Positions 1-10,759 of a DNA stretch of 64,000 nt are shown piece after piece. Origin of the DNA: Candidatus Bathyarchaeia archaeon (GTDB lineage Archaea; Thermoproteota; Bathyarchaeia; Bathyarchaeales; Bathycorpusculaceae); contig JAVYWL010000001.1 in the NCBI GenBank assembly GCA_038727135.1, positions 480,001-544,000 on the forward strand, written 5' to 3'. The position numbers were made by a program, and so were the translations under genes. Every line of letters starts with the position of its first letter. Position 1 is the first letter of the stretch. The notes under the pieces are model-generated. The model was given only the letters and a program-made list of their open reading frames with translations. It did not search any database and was not told where the DNA came from.

Positions 1-317
1 CGGAAGGCCCCCACTTTGTTGAGCAAGCCATAGCTGGCATAAAACATGTTAGGTCAAGGGTTCCGGACTTCGTTAGCTTTTCCGAAATTGAAAAGTATGT
101 TGTGAGAAAGCCCATTATAGAGGAGCTGCATGAAAATGACATAGTCGAGGTTACAGACGGCCCCTTCAAGGGAATGCGAGCCAAAATCACTCGCATTGAC
201 AGAACGAAGGAGGAGGTGACACTGGAGCTTCTCGAAGCTACTTTTACGCTTCCAATAACAGTTCATTCGGATTACGTTAAGCTTGTTGAAAGGGCAAAAA
301 CGGAAGGAGGACCATAA
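1..317 (+). CDS. spt5: Transcription elongation factor Spt5/NusG (5'-partial)
   Basis: Frame is open from the window start ([20 protein letters not shown]...). C-terminal KOW motif [17 protein letters not shown]. Lies directly upstream of rpl11. Confidence 0.95.
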   Translation, partial: EGPHFVEQAIAGIKHVRSRVPDFVSFSEIEKYVVRKPIIEELHENDIVEVTDGPFKGMRAKITRIDRTKEEVTLELLEATFTLPITVHSDYVKLVERAKTEGGP

Positions 318-318
318 C

Positions 319-813
319 ATGAGTGAGAAAAAAGTTGTGGAATTACTTGTAAGCGGAGGACAAGCAACAGCTGGTCCACCATTGGGTCCGGCTCTGGGAC
401 CCCTTGGCGTTAACGTCATGGCCGTTGTGAATAAAATTAATGAGCTTACGAAAGATTATGCTGGAATGAAAGTTCCGGTGAAGGTTACTGTTGACCCTGA
501 AACAAAAACCTTTGAAGTTAGTGTCGGAACGCCCACAGCCTCAGCCCTAATTGTCAGCGAGCTTAAAATTGAGAAGGGCTCTGGAAACCCGAAAGCACAG
601 AAGGTTGGAAATTTGACAATGCAGCAGCTTATTCGCATAGCCAAGATAAAGCGTCCAGAACTGCTTTCAAAAACATTGAAGTCTGCGGCCAAAGAAATTC
701 TTGGAACATGTGTGAGCATGGGCGTAACCGTTGAGGGGAAAGACCCGAAAGAGGTTATGCGAGAAATCGACGAAGGGAAATATGACAAAATATTCGCTGA
801 AAGCGAAGCGTAA
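319..813 (+). CDS. rpl11: 50S ribosomal protein L11 (uL11)
   Basis: [20 protein letters not shown] signature; ATG at 319 follows GGAGG. Confidence 0.98.
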   Translation: MSEKKVVELLVSGGQATAGPPLGPALGPLGVNVMAVVNKINELTKDYAGMKVPVKVTVDPETKTFEVSVGTPTASALIVSELKIEKGSGNPKAQKVGNLTMQQLIRIAKIKRPELLSKTLKSAAKEILGTCVSMGVTVEGKDPKEVMREIDEGKYDKIFAESEA

Positions 814-866
814 AGGAACATTTTTATAATGGCTTTATAATCCATCAATGGCACGGAGCCAGCAAA

Positions 867-1520
867 ATGCTAATAGAACAGAAAACACTGCTTTCAGCCT
901 TAAAAGAGGCAAAAGAGAAAGGCGGCAAAAGAAACTTCACTCAGTCAGTTGAGCTCATCTTAAACTTGCAGGACATTGACATGAAATCTCCAGAAGGAAG
1001 GCTTCAAGAAAACGTGGAGTTACCTTATCCGCCGGCAGAGAAAACAAACAAGATCTGCGTGATTGCCACCGGTGAGCTCGCCCTCAAAGCTAAAAAGGCT
1101 AATGCTGACCTAGTGCTGGATAGGGTTGAGCTTGAAGGATTAGCTGGAAAGAAAAAAGACTTGCGTAAACTAGCCAACGAATATGATTTCTTCATTGCGG
1201 AAGCGCCTCTAATGCCGCTGGTTGGCAAGGTTTTAGGTCCAGCTCTCGGACCACGAGGGAAAATGCCTGTACCGGTTCCGCCTACAGCGGACATTGAAAG
1301 CTTGCTTAAAAAGTACCGCAAAACTGTTGTTGTTAGGATGCGCAACCAGCCGGTAATTCAGTGCCGCATCGGAACGGAGAACATGAAAGAGGAAGAGTTA
1401 GCGGAAAACATACAGGCGGTCTTGAGGGTTATTGAGGGGAAACTGAAAAGGGGAATGAAAAACATTAAATCAATCTGTATAAAAACAACCATGGGCGCGC
1501 CGGTAAAAATTAAGCTATAA
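867..1520 (+). CDS. rpl1: 50S ribosomal protein L1 (uL1)
   Basis: KRNFTQSVEL, LGPRGKMP and KTTMG motifs; operon position. Confidence 0.98.
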   Translation: MLIEQKTLLSALKEAKEKGGKRNFTQSVELILNLQDIDMKSPEGRLQENVELPYPPAEKTNKICVIATGELALKAKKANADLVLDRVELEGLAGKKKDLRKLANEYDFFIAEAPLMPLVGKVLGPALGPRGKMPVPVPPTADIESLLKKYRKTVVVRMRNQPVIQCRIGTENMKEEELAENIQAVLRVIEGKLKRGMKNIKSICIKTTMGAPVKIKL

Positions 1521-1533
1521 AGAGGGGAAGCGT

Positions 1534-2409
1534 CTGCCGTCTCAACAAGTTCTGAAAGAAAAAATCGATGAGGTTGAAGAAATAACGAAAATTCTTAGGC
1601 AATACAAGGTAGTGGGCATAGCGAGTCTCCAAAAAGTTAGGGCATCCCAACTACAAGAGTTTAAGAAAAAGCTGGCGGCAGACGTTTACATGCGCGTCGT
1701 AAAGAACACGTTGATGAAAAGAGCCATTGAAAACTGCAAGGAAAAGCAAGGATTAGAAAAACTGGAGAAATACTTGACAGGACCAAATGTCTTCCTCTTC
1801 ACAAACCTTAACCCATTCAAATTAGCACTGCTCCTTGAAAAAGGGAAAGTTCGCCTAACAGCAAAGGCTGGTGACATAGCATCCTTCGACGTCATAGTAC
1901 CCGCTGGAAACACTGGACAACCGCCGGGACCAATAATAAGCCAGTTAAACGCTGTGGGTTTGCCGACAAGAATTGAGGCTGGAAGCGTATGGATAACAAA
2001 GGACACATTAGTGGCGCGCAAAGGCGAGGTCATTTCCGAAAGGCTCGCCAGTGTCTTGTCAAAGCTTGGAATAAAGCCTGTTGAAGCGGGACTCATAATG
2101 AAAGTTGTATATGATGAAGGCTTAATCATAGAAGGAGAGCAGCTCAAAATCGATTTGGAGGGAACCAAGAAACAGTTTGAAACTGCCCATGCTGAAGCCT
2201 TCAAGCTGTCAATAGGCGTAGCTTATCCAATAAGAGAAAACATACAAGCCTTAATTCAAATCGCCCACCAAGAGGCATACGCCCTCTCGTTGGGGGCGGC
2301 CATACCAACCAAGGAAACAATAAAAGACCTTATTAGAAAGGCTCACGCTGAAATGTTAAGCTTAAGTATGAGAATTCCCAATTTGGAAGGGGAAACCAGG
2401 CAAAATTAA
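1534..2409 (+). CDS. rpl10: 50S ribosomal protein L10/P0 (uL10), probable CTG start
   Basis: VVKNTLM and PAGNTGQPPGP motifs. Frame extends from the ORF-track start (1612) back to CTG at 1534, behind GAGGGG. Confidence 0.95.
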   Translation: MPSQQVLKEKIDEVEEITKILRQYKVVGIASLQKVRASQLQEFKKKLAADVYMRVVKNTLMKRAIENCKEKQGLEKLEKYLTGPNVFLFTNLNPFKLALLLEKGKVRLTAKAGDIASFDVIVPAGNTGQPPGPIISQLNAVGLPTRIEAGSVWITKDTLVARKGEVISERLASVLSKLGIKPVEAGLIMKVVYDEGLIIEGEQLKIDLEGTKKQFETAHAEAFKLSIGVAYPIRENIQALIQIAHQEAYALSLGAAIPTKETIKDLIRKAHAEMLSLSMRIPNLEGETRQN

Positions 2410-2435
2410 AAAGATTTGAATAGAGGTGAAAATGT

Positions 2436-2759
2436 ATGGAATACATTTACGCTGCAATGCTCCTCCACAAAGCTGGAAAACAAATAACCGAAGAAAACCT
2501 AACACAAGTTCTAACAGCCGCCGGAATAAACGTTGACGCCATGAGAGTTAAAGCCCTAGTGGCTTCATTGGCAGAGGTCAATATAGATGAAGTTATAAAG
2601 TCAGCTCCAACATTTATGGCAGCGCCAGTCACCGCACCAGCAGCTGCAACACCGGCAGCGGAAGCCAAGCCAAAAGAGGAAGAGAAGAAAAAGAAGGAAG
2701 AAGAGGAGAAAGCCAGAGAGGAAGCAGCGCTCGAGGGGCTTGGAGCACTCTTCGGCTAA
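2436..2759 (+). CDS. rpl12: 50S ribosomal stalk protein P1/L12
   Basis: [12 protein letters not shown]-terminus, Ala-rich hinge, C-terminal GLGALFG. Confidence 0.98.
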   Translation: MEYIYAAMLLHKAGKQITEENLTQVLTAAGINVDAMRVKALVASLAEVNIDEVIKSAPTFMAAPVTAPAAATPAAEAKPKEEEKKKKEEEEKAREEAALEGLGALFG

Positions 2760-2843
2760 ACATGCCTTTTATTTTTGTAGACCAGAAGTCTGTGTTTAAA
2801 AGCCTAGCAATGAATATAAACAAATTTTAAATTATCGACTATC

Positions 2844-3257
2844 ATGAAGCTCTGCAGCGCTTGCTTATTAGGAATAAGATGCAGATACGACGGAAGAGAT
2901 GCCCTTAACGAAAAAGTTATCATGCTGCTGAAAACGGAAACCCTTATACCAGTGTGCCCAGAACAACTTGGCGGCTTACCAACACCAAGGGAACCAGCAG
3001 AAATCAAGGATGGAAGGGTAATCACAAGGTCTGGAAGAGACGTAACAGAAAACTTCAAACGCGGAGCCGAAGAGGTTTTGAAAATCGCAAAATTATTCGG
3101 CGTAAAGGAGGCTGTGCTAAAGCAGGGAAGCCCCTCATGTGGCTGCGGACGCATCTACAATGGCACGTTTTCCGGCAAAACCATGAAAGGCGATGGAATT
3201 ACCACAGCCTTACTCAAAAAGCATGGAATTAAAGTGATAACTGAGGATGACCTATAG
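2844..3257 (+). CDS. DUF523 family protein (TudS-like thiouracil desulfidase, Fe-S)
   Basis: SACLLGxxCRYDG, VCPEQLGGLPTPR and SPSCG motifs. Confidence 0.9.
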   Translation: MKLCSACLLGIRCRYDGRDALNEKVIMLLKTETLIPVCPEQLGGLPTPREPAEIKDGRVITRSGRDVTENFKRGAEEVLKIAKLFGVKEAVLKQGSPSCGCGRIYNGTFSGKTMKGDGITTALLKKHGIKVITEDDL

Positions 3258-4277
3258 ATTTTGGTTTTCGCTATACCATTTTGATGTTTTTAAAGCTTTT
3301 AGTAACAGCAGAGGCAGCCATCCGCAAATAATCATTAGGGTTCCGGGAAAAGCCCTCAAGTTGAAGGTCAAGATTAATGCTTCAAAAATGAAGAAGGATG
3401 CCGCCATAGCGACTGCCGATAAAACTGCAAGTTGCCGCCCGTATTTCTTGTAGGTTTGCACTGCTATAAGACCAGCGAAGAAGAAGTCACCTAAACCAAG
3501 GGATATATAAAGCACACCCCAACGTGTGGCTATTTCCGGGATTGTTGGAAAAGTAACAAGTACTGGAAGCCTTAGGGCAGTAACATGTGTCGCTGCCGAA
3601 ACCATTGCTCTCGTCACAAGAACAAGAATAATATCTGCAACTGTTAGAAGCCCGGCAAAGATCAGCGTTGTTTTCCACGTGAAAAGTGCTCCGAGATAGA
3701 GAATTACGAGAATAGCGAAAACTATGCCGTACATGTTGAGCAAATACGGAAACCATACTGGGCTTCTGCTGTAAAAAGCGTAAAGGATTATGAATAGAGC
3801 TGAGGGCATGATAGCCAAATACCACCGCCGCCTAAAACTTGTTCTTGTTTCCTCATAAATTAGGGCTATAAAAGAAAAACCCAGTAAGCTGAAGAGTGCC
3901 GCAGCCCCATAGGCGGGTAACCTCCCTAACACGTCCATGCTGAAGAGGCTAACCGTCGCCGCTACAAAGCTGATTGCAAAAAAGGCTCCACAAAAGAGTT
4001 GAGCCCTAATTTTTCTAAAATCTGAGAAGATATAGGTGAATATAAAGAGAAGAGATGCATAGGCGAACAGAAATATTGTCATAACAGCCATTTGCGGGAC
4101 AAAAACCATGAGCGAGATAGCCACACTTATCGCGGCTACAAGCATGACGGCATCTTTAACGCCGAACTCCCTCTCCTCAAAGGTCATCTTCAGTTTTCTC
4201 TCAACTTTATCATTTAGAAGTGTGGCTATAGTAGTGACGGCAAAAAGCGTCAGCGGCATGGCGATGTCGAAGTACAT
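3252..4277 (-). CDS. Presenilin/signal-peptide-peptidase-like GxGD intramembrane aspartyl protease
   Basis: Multiple TM helices; ADIILV and LGLGDF catalytic motifs; FPGT in place of PAL. Start placed at ATG 4277 to avoid overlap with the upstream gene. Confidence 0.75.
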   Translation of the reverse strand: MYFDIAMPLTLFAVTTIATLLNDKVERKLKMTFEEREFGVKDAVMLVAAISVAISLMVFVPQMAVMTIFLFAYASLLFIFTYIFSDFRKIRAQLFCGAFFAISFVAATVSLFSMDVLGRLPAYGAAALFSLLGFSFIALIYEETRTSFRRRWYLAIMPSALFIILYAFYSRSPVWFPYLLNMYGIVFAILVILYLGALFTWKTTLIFAGLLTVADIILVLVTRAMVSAATHVTALRLPVLVTFPTIPEIATRWGVLYISLGLGDFFFAGLIAVQTYKKYGRQLAVLSAVAMAASFFIFEALILTFNLRAFPGTLMIICGWLPLLLLKALKTSKWYSENQNL

Positions 4278-4302
4278 GAGCGCAAATAGGCTAAACGGGC
4301 AT

Positions 4303-5163
4303 TTAAACCTTAAACCCGAAACTACAATTAAAAACGGCCAAAGAGGCGATAAGCGCCTCTTCGGTTCGCACAGTTTCAGTGGACTGCCATGGGATTGTAT
4401 TAACGACAAAATCTACAATTTGGTCGAGATTTAACCCTTCCTGCTCGGCTATTTCGTACAGCCCCCTTGTTGGTGCTCCAAAGGCTACCAATATTTTTTC
4501 CGCAGTTTTCCATTTCTCAGCAATTCTTTCTTTGACATCTACAAAGGGGACGCCACACTTTGATGTGGCTATTTTCAAGTTAAAATGTCTGCGCTCTACC
4601 AGTTTCCCAAAGGGTTCTTCCCAAACGGTTACCGCATATCCCCAGTAATGAGGGACCTCATTGCGGTTTACGAGGCTTGCCGCAACATGCTTGTTTACGC
4701 CGGTGACCCTCACCGTCACTCGCTTTCCGATGGGCAAATGTAAGTCTGGAATTAGGACAAGTTTGTCCACACCTATATCCACAAGCACGCCTTCCTTCGA
4801 CTTCGCTACTGTGACGCCCTCTCTGTATTCGCCAACCTTTAGGTCTGCCGCCTTTTTGCCTAAGGGATGATGTGGTGTTCTTAGCGGCGGGAGAATGCCA
4901 GCAAAACGCAATTCGGGCTTCAACTTGAAAAGCTTCTTGCGTAAATACTGCGGAGTTTCCATGTAGCTTAGTAGCGTGGCGATTAAGTCCATGTCTGCCT
5001 TCTGATTGAGCTTTAACTCGTCCTTGTAAATTATTATCTCTTCAATTCCAAAAATGGCAGCTGCTCTCCCAATCAAGCCTATTTTTGAGGTTTTTTCTCG
5101 GAGATGCGGAGTGTCGGAAACAACAGATGCTGGAATGGCGATTGAGATGCTTTTTCTCTGCAA
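4303..5163 (-). CDS. SPOUT-class RNA methyltransferase (DUF171/MTH1 family)
   Basis: SIAIPAS, ETPQYLRK, LPPLRTPHH and QSTETVRTEEA motifs. Confidence 0.9.
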   Translation of the reverse strand: MQRKSISIAIPASVVSDTPHLREKTSKIGLIGRAAAIFGIEEIIIYKDELKLNQKADMDLIATLLSYMETPQYLRKKLFKLKPELRFAGILPPLRTPHHPLGKKAADLKVGEYREGVTVAKSKEGVLVDIGVDKLVLIPDLHLPIGKRVTVRVTGVNKHVAASLVNRNEVPHYWGYAVTVWEEPFGKLVERRHFNLKIATSKCGVPFVDVKERIAEKWKTAEKILVAFGAPTRGLYEIAEQEGLNLDQIVDFVVNTIPWQSTETVRTEEALIASLAVFNCSFGFKV

Positions 5164-5248
5164 CCCTTTTACACCATCCCGCGTTATTGTATGATGGTTT
5201 TAACTTAAAAGCTAAAAGCAAAAGTTACTAACTGCATACAGATGCAAA

Positions 5249-6367
5249 ATGCCAAAAGCATCAATTCTTGACAACCTTGACAAGATTAGAGAAGTAGATA
5301 AAAACGACATGCTCTCCTTTTGCGTCAACGCCGCAAAACATTATGAAAGTGCCGTTCGAATAGCTGAAAAAGTTATGATTGATTATCCAAAACCAAGATC
5401 GATAATCGTGGCTGGCATGGGTGGCTCGGCAATAGGTGGAGAACTTCTAAAAGACTGGGCAAACGACAAGCTAACAATTCCGGTGGAAGTTTGCAGGGAG
5501 TACACGCTACCGGCTCACGCCGACAAAAGGACATTAACGTTTATTGTAAGCTATTCTGGGGAAACAGAAGAAACCTTAAGCGTTTTTCTCGATGCGGTAA
5601 AGCGGAACTGCATGATAATCTGCATAAGCTCCGGAGGCACTCTCTTAAATTTTGCAGAAAAACTGAAGATTCCAAGCATACGTGTTCCAGAAGGAATCCC
5701 GCCGAGGGCAGCCCTTCCATACCTTTTCATCCCAACGCTAGTTATCCTACAGAAACTTGGCTTAGTTACAAAAGTTAGAGCTGAAATTTCTGAAGCTGTC
5801 ACAGTTTTAAGGCAGGTTTGTATTGAAAATGCGCCGGAAAAACCTTTGAAAGAAAACTTTTCTAAAAAACTTGCCACCGATATTGGCGGAACGGTTCCTG
5901 TAGTTTATGGCTTTGGGTTTTATCGTTCTGTGGCGCAGCGCTTTAAACAACAGTTCAACGAGAACAGTAAGGTTCCCTCAAAATGGGAGGTTTTCCCAGA
6001 GCTAAACCATAATGAGGTTGTGGGATGGGAAAAAGCCGAGGAACTGGTGGACCATTTTTCAGTGGTTATTATACGGGACAAGAGCGAGCCAGAGTCCATT
6101 AAATGCAGAATAGAGGCAACCAAGGAGTTGTTAAGTGGCAAAGTGGAGGGAATCTATGAGGTCTGGAGTAGGGGTGAAGGAAAGCTGGCTAAAATGTTGT
6201 CTACAACAGTTATAGGAGACTTTACAAGCGTTTATCTTGCCATTCTGCGCGGCGTGAACCCTACGCCAGTAAAGACCATTTCTGTGTTAAAGGATAAAAT
6301 TTCCAAAACAGGGCTTAAAGATAAGGTAGTTGGCGAATTACAGAACCTTGTTGGGAGAAGAGGTTAG
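5249..6367 (+). CDS. Bifunctional phosphoglucose/phosphomannose isomerase (SIS fold)
   Basis: GMGGSAIGG, SYSGETEET, NENSK and PELNHNE motifs. Confidence 0.93.
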   Translation: MPKASILDNLDKIREVDKNDMLSFCVNAAKHYESAVRIAEKVMIDYPKPRSIIVAGMGGSAIGGELLKDWANDKLTIPVEVCREYTLPAHADKRTLTFIVSYSGETEETLSVFLDAVKRNCMIICISSGGTLLNFAEKLKIPSIRVPEGIPPRAALPYLFIPTLVILQKLGLVTKVRAEISEAVTVLRQVCIENAPEKPLKENFSKKLATDIGGTVPVVYGFGFYRSVAQRFKQQFNENSKVPSKWEVFPELNHNEVVGWEKAEELVDHFSVVIIRDKSEPESIKCRIEATKELLSGKVEGIYEVWSRGEGKLAKMLSTTVIGDFTSVYLAILRGVNPTPVKTISVLKDKISKTGLKDKVVGELQNLVGRRG

Positions 6368-7431
6368 CCTTGACGTCTTTGGGCAATGAACTCTTCAAAC
6401 ATTTTCTCGGCAATCTCTAAGGAAAGCAGTTGCGGCGGGTGTTTGAAGGCGTACGCGCATATTGGGAGAATTGCCCCCTTCAAGTTTCTGTTTAAAGCGA
6501 TTTTAACAGCTCTTATAACGTCCAACAGCACTGAACCAGCATTTGGCGCGTCCACAGTTGAGAGGCGCATATCTATTTGCATTGGTGTCCCGCAGAAGTA
6601 CAAGCCCCTAATCCAGAAGTAGCTGTCCCGTCTGTTCTGCAAAAAATCAACATAGTCCGTCGAACCCGCAACCACTTCCGCTTCGTATGGCAGCGCCGCC
6701 TTAACAGTCTCGGTCTTAACAGTCCTTTTCAGTTCGCGCGTTCTGTCCAGCGCGTCAAGCGACTCTGTCCCTCCGCCAACGTCGAGCTGGTAGGTTTCAG
6801 TTATGCGCACGCCATGTCCTGAAAGAAGCTGCAACAGCGTTTTGTGCAACGTTGTGGCGCCTATCTGGTCTATGAGGTCGTCGCCGACCAAGGGCAGTCC
6901 AGCCTCTTCAAAACGCCTCGCCCAAGCTGAATCGCTTGCTATGAAAGCTGGTGTAGCGTTTATAAAGGCACATCCAGCCTCCAAAGATTGGCTGGCATAC
7001 CATTCAGAAGCCTTCACGGCACCGCCTGGAAGCAGATTAAGTACAATTTCCGCCCCGCTTTCCTTTAACACTTCTGCGACATTAGCTTCTTTTGAACCGT
7101 TTACTTTGACAACTTCTTTTGTGTATTCGCCTACACCGTCTAAAACTGGTCCCTTTTGAACTATTACGCCAGACGGAGGGACATCTACAAGTTTTGGGGC
7201 ATTATTCGGTGGTGCAAATATAGCTTCTGAAAGGTCCCTTCCAACTTTTCTGCTGTCGACGTCAAAGGCTGCGACTATTTGAATATCTCTTGGGTGAAAG
7301 CCTCCCAAGAAGAGGTTGCGTAAACCAACACATTCATCATCGCTATTAAAGTTCTTATAGTAGTGTAAGCCTTGCACAAGGGCTGATGCACAGTTTCCAA
7401 CGCCAACAACCGCTACTTTTATTTTTGGCAA
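6364..7431 (-). CDS. ino1: myo-Inositol-1-phosphate synthase
   Basis: GVGNCASALVQG, AAFDVDSRKVG, GDD and DAPNAG motifs. Confidence 0.9.
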   Translation of the reverse strand: MPKIKVAVVGVGNCASALVQGLHYYKNFNSDDECVGLRNLFLGGFHPRDIQIVAAFDVDSRKVGRDLSEAIFAPPNNAPKLVDVPPSGVIVQKGPVLDGVGEYTKEVVKVNGSKEANVAEVLKESGAEIVLNLLPGGAVKASEWYASQSLEAGCAFINATPAFIASDSAWARRFEEAGLPLVGDDLIDQIGATTLHKTLLQLLSGHGVRITETYQLDVGGGTESLDALDRTRELKRTVKTETVKAALPYEAEVVAGSTDYVDFLQNRRDSYFWIRGLYFCGTPMQIDMRLSTVDAPNAGSVLLDVIRAVKIALNRNLKGAILPICAYAFKHPPQLLSLEIAEKMFEEFIAQRRQG

Positions 7432-7508
7432 GCCTAAACCACCATTTTGTTCCTTTCATATTACATACGGATTTATAAAGTTCTATGCCAATCCATTAGC
7501 AGTTAAAA

Positions 7509-7757
7509 GTGATAGAAATGAAGACATGGTTGGATGTTTCGGTTCTACGTTGTCCAAACTGCGGCCGCCACTACGTTGAAGCCTCATGGTATGTCGTTGA
7601 AATGGAGGCAGATATTGAATGCGGGGAATGCGGAAAAGAGTTTAACAGTAAGAAGAACGCGTTGGACAGGGTACTCCTAGAATTTGAAATTGGCGAGGAT
7701 GGAAAACTCCGGAAAGTGGACGTTAAAAAACATTTAAGAATAGAAAAGGGCACGTGA
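7509..7757 (+). CDS. Small zinc-ribbon protein
   Basis: CPNC...CGEC pairs in 82 aa; fills the gap between flanking genes. Confidence 0.7.
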   Translation: MIEMKTWLDVSVLRCPNCGRHYVEASWYVVEMEADIECGECGKEFNSKKNALDRVLLEFEIGEDGKLRKVDVKKHLRIEKGT

Positions 7758-7761
7758 AATG

Positions 7762-8831
7762 CTAAGTTGCTAATTTTGCTATTGGAACATACTCCACAAA
7801 AATTCCGGACCTCTGCAGCACATCGCGCCACAATTCAAGTCCCTTACTGGTAACCCACTTCTCCGGCGCCGGCAAACCCAAAACGGTCAGTCTATCCCCT
7901 TCCACAATCTTTTCAGCAGTTATACACTTACCTGTTTTTGGATGGACAGGCGTTATTATGTCAGGCGCCACAGCAGCGAGTCGTCCATCCTTATAGGCGA
8001 CCAGTACCTCGTTTTTGGCTTTAAACTCAAATCTGCTTCCGGCAAATTTGCCAGCACCTTTAAACTTCACATTAACGAAGGTGAAGCCCCCTTCCGTTCT
8101 CCTCTCGACCATGCTTACAACTCCCTCGAAAAGCCTGTAGCCTCCAGTTTCTTTCAACAGATCGTCAATTGAGCTTTTAGCCTCTCTTATAATTCTTCCA
8201 ACTTTTATAGCCTTGGACAAGCTTCGCTGCACCGGAGAAGTTTTCACTTGGACCCCGCTTAATATCCTCCTCGCAGTATAGGCTGAGTGCCCCCACTCGG
8301 CGGCTAATACACGGGCAATTCTTTCAGCAGCCCTCGCGTCAACAGTCTCCTTAACTATAACCACGTTTTTAGCGTGCACATCAGCAACAACCATCGGCGC
8401 GAGCGGAATATCATCAATTGTGTAAACTTTTAAGTGGACCTCTGGAACGGATCTGCCAGCTCCATCCGCGTCCACAACTGGAATGCCGCGTCGAGCAGCA
8501 ACATCAACAGCTGCCAATGTGTTAAATCCGCCTAATTCTACGGGGATTGTGGCGAAAGCACAGAAGCCAGCATATTCCTCTAACGCTTTTAAGGTTTTAC
8601 TGCAGCATCCGAGTCATAATCAACAGAGGTCGTCGCGCCCACACATGCAAAATTCACAACTTTGGCATTATCAGGAACCTCTAAGGGATCAACCATCTCG
8701 ACGGGGATTTTATCTGCGGCGAGGGTCTTTACTATTCTGTATCCAACTTCCGGGTCTCCACCGCCTCCAGCTGAAAATATCGCTGCCCCATCCACCAAAT
8801 CCATTAAATCTTGATAGCTCAAAGTCTTCAA
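7762..8831 (-). pseudogene. DUF917 family protein split by a single-base deletion near 8595
   Basis: N-terminal part has GGGGDP; C-terminal part has VVDADGAGRSVPE, KNE and PDII. Adding one A to GTAAAACC gives continuous DAAVKTLKALEEYAG...ELGGFN. Confidence 0.8.
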
Positions 8832-8925
8832 GTTCGAGTCTCCACCATTTTGCTTGAAAATTTATTATTGAGGAAGCCTTTAAAGGCTTTAACCAGCCGG
8901 CTTAAAAAACGGGTGGCAAAGAAAG

Positions 8926-10683
8926 GTGAACAACCAAACACAGGACAAGTTCACAATAATTAACGAGTTAGCCCGCCGCAGAGGCTTTTTCTGGCAATCC
9001 TACGAGATATACGGGGGCGTAAGCGGTTTTGTAACCTACGGCTTTTTAGGCGCAAAATTAAAACAAAATATTGAAAACAAGCTTAGGGAAATCTTCGTTA
9101 ACAGACTTGGAATAATGGAGATAGAAGCCCCCATAATCGCGCCGGGCAAGGTTTTTGAGGCTTCGGGTCATGTTGACCACTTTAAAGAGCCTATGGTTGA
9201 ATGCCTAAAATGTAAAAGGCGATTCCGGGCAGATCATCTGCTTGAAGAAATGGTGAAGCTAAGTGCATCAGACGTTGAAAAATTAAGCTTAGAAGAGCTA
9301 AGAGAGGCTATCGAAAAACATGACGTGCGCTGTCCGGAATGCGGAGGCACTTTTAGCGAACCAAAACATTTCCTAACAATGTTCAAAACAACCATAGGTC
9401 CGTACTCTGAAGCTGTTGGTTATGGTCGCCCGGAGGCTGCTCAAGGCATATTCGTGGAGTTCAGACGTCTATATGAAATGGCGCGGGAAAAATTACCTTT
9501 CGGCGTAATGCAGATAGGCCACGCATTGCGGAATGAGATTTCGCCGAGGCAGGGTTTGATAAGGCTTAGGGAATTCACGATAGTGGATATAGAGTTTTTC
9601 TTTGACCCTGAAGATCCCAATTGTTTTCTGTTGGAGGAAGTGGGAGACGAGACCTTACGGCTTGTTCTAGCTGAAAGCAAGCTTCGCGGCTCTGAGGAAA
9701 TCGTGGAAGTTACGGTTAAAGAGGCGCTTAAAAAAGGTTATATTAAAGTTCCATGGCAAGCCGCGTTCATGGCATTAGCTAAAAGATTATTGATGGAGCT
9801 AGGTGTCCCAGCTGAAAGTCAAAGGTTTATTGAGAAACTTCCATGGGAGCGGGCGCACTACTCAGTACAAAGCTTCGACCAAGAAGTCTATGTTGACCGC
9901 TGGGGATGGATTGAGGTTTCTGGACACGCTTACAGAACGGATTACGATTTAAAGCAGCACATGCAGTTCAGCGGAACAGACACAAGGGTATTCAAAGAAT
10001 ATGAAAAGCCTGTGGTGGTGGAGAAAAAGGTTGTTAAGCCTTTAATGATGAAGCTTGGACCAGCCTTTAAAGTAGAGGCACAAAAAATTGCTGAAATGCT
10101 TTCTGAGGCTAATCCGGAAGAGGTTGAAGCCTCATTTAAGGCGAAAGGTTATTTCATGCTTAGAGAGCATAAAATTTTGCCCGAACACGTGGAAATCACA
10201 ACGTTTAAGGTGGAAGAGAGGGGTAGACGCTTTATACCACATGTTGTGGAGCCTAGTTTCGGCTCTGATAGGCTTGTTTACGTAACCCTCGAGTACGCAT
10301 ACCGTGTGAAAGATGATAGGGTGATACTAAGTTTTCCAAGGGATATAGCCCCAATACAAGTTGGAGTTTACCCGTTGGTGAGCAAAGATGGATTGCCAGA
10401 AAAAGCAATGCAAGTTTACAAGATGCTAGTCAATGAAGGTTTTACAGCAGAATATGATGAGGCTGGTTCCATTGGGAGACGCTACGCTAGAGCAGATGAG
10501 GTGGGCATACCACTGGGAATAACAATTGACTATGTCACCCTTAAAGACGACACTGTCACTATTCGAGACCGCGACACTTGGAGACAGGTCAGGAACAGCA
10601 TAGACGCTTTACCAGAGCTCCTGCACAAATACTTCCGTAAAAAAATCGAGTTTGAAGATTTGGGCACGCTTGTTAAGGAATAG
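8926..10683 (+). CDS. glyS: Glycyl-tRNA synthetase (alpha2 type)
   Basis: ASGHVDHF, RPEAAQG, RNEISPRQGLIRLREF, EPSFG and SIGRRYARADE motifs. Confidence 0.97.
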   Translation: MNNQTQDKFTIINELARRRGFFWQSYEIYGGVSGFVTYGFLGAKLKQNIENKLREIFVNRLGIMEIEAPIIAPGKVFEASGHVDHFKEPMVECLKCKRRFRADHLLEEMVKLSASDVEKLSLEELREAIEKHDVRCPECGGTFSEPKHFLTMFKTTIGPYSEAVGYGRPEAAQGIFVEFRRLYEMAREKLPFGVMQIGHALRNEISPRQGLIRLREFTIVDIEFFFDPEDPNCFLLEEVGDETLRLVLAESKLRGSEEIVEVTVKEALKKGYIKVPWQAAFMALAKRLLMELGVPAESQRFIEKLPWERAHYSVQSFDQEVYVDRWGWIEVSGHAYRTDYDLKQHMQFSGTDTRVFKEYEKPVVVEKKVVKPLMMKLGPAFKVEAQKIAEMLSEANPEEVEASFKAKGYFMLREHKILPEHVEITTFKVEERGRRFIPHVVEPSFGSDRLVYVTLEYAYRVKDDRVILSFPRDIAPIQVGVYPLVSKDGLPEKAMQVYKMLVNEGFTAEYDEAGSIGRRYARADEVGIPLGITIDYVTLKDDTVTIRDRDTWRQVRNSIDALPELLHKYFRKKIEFEDLGTLVKE

Positions 10684-10759
10684 TTTTCGTTACCTTTTTT
10701 AATACTTCTGCAATATTAATGCTAGAAAAGCATAACGTGGTTTTGCGGCGGGAAGAAAC

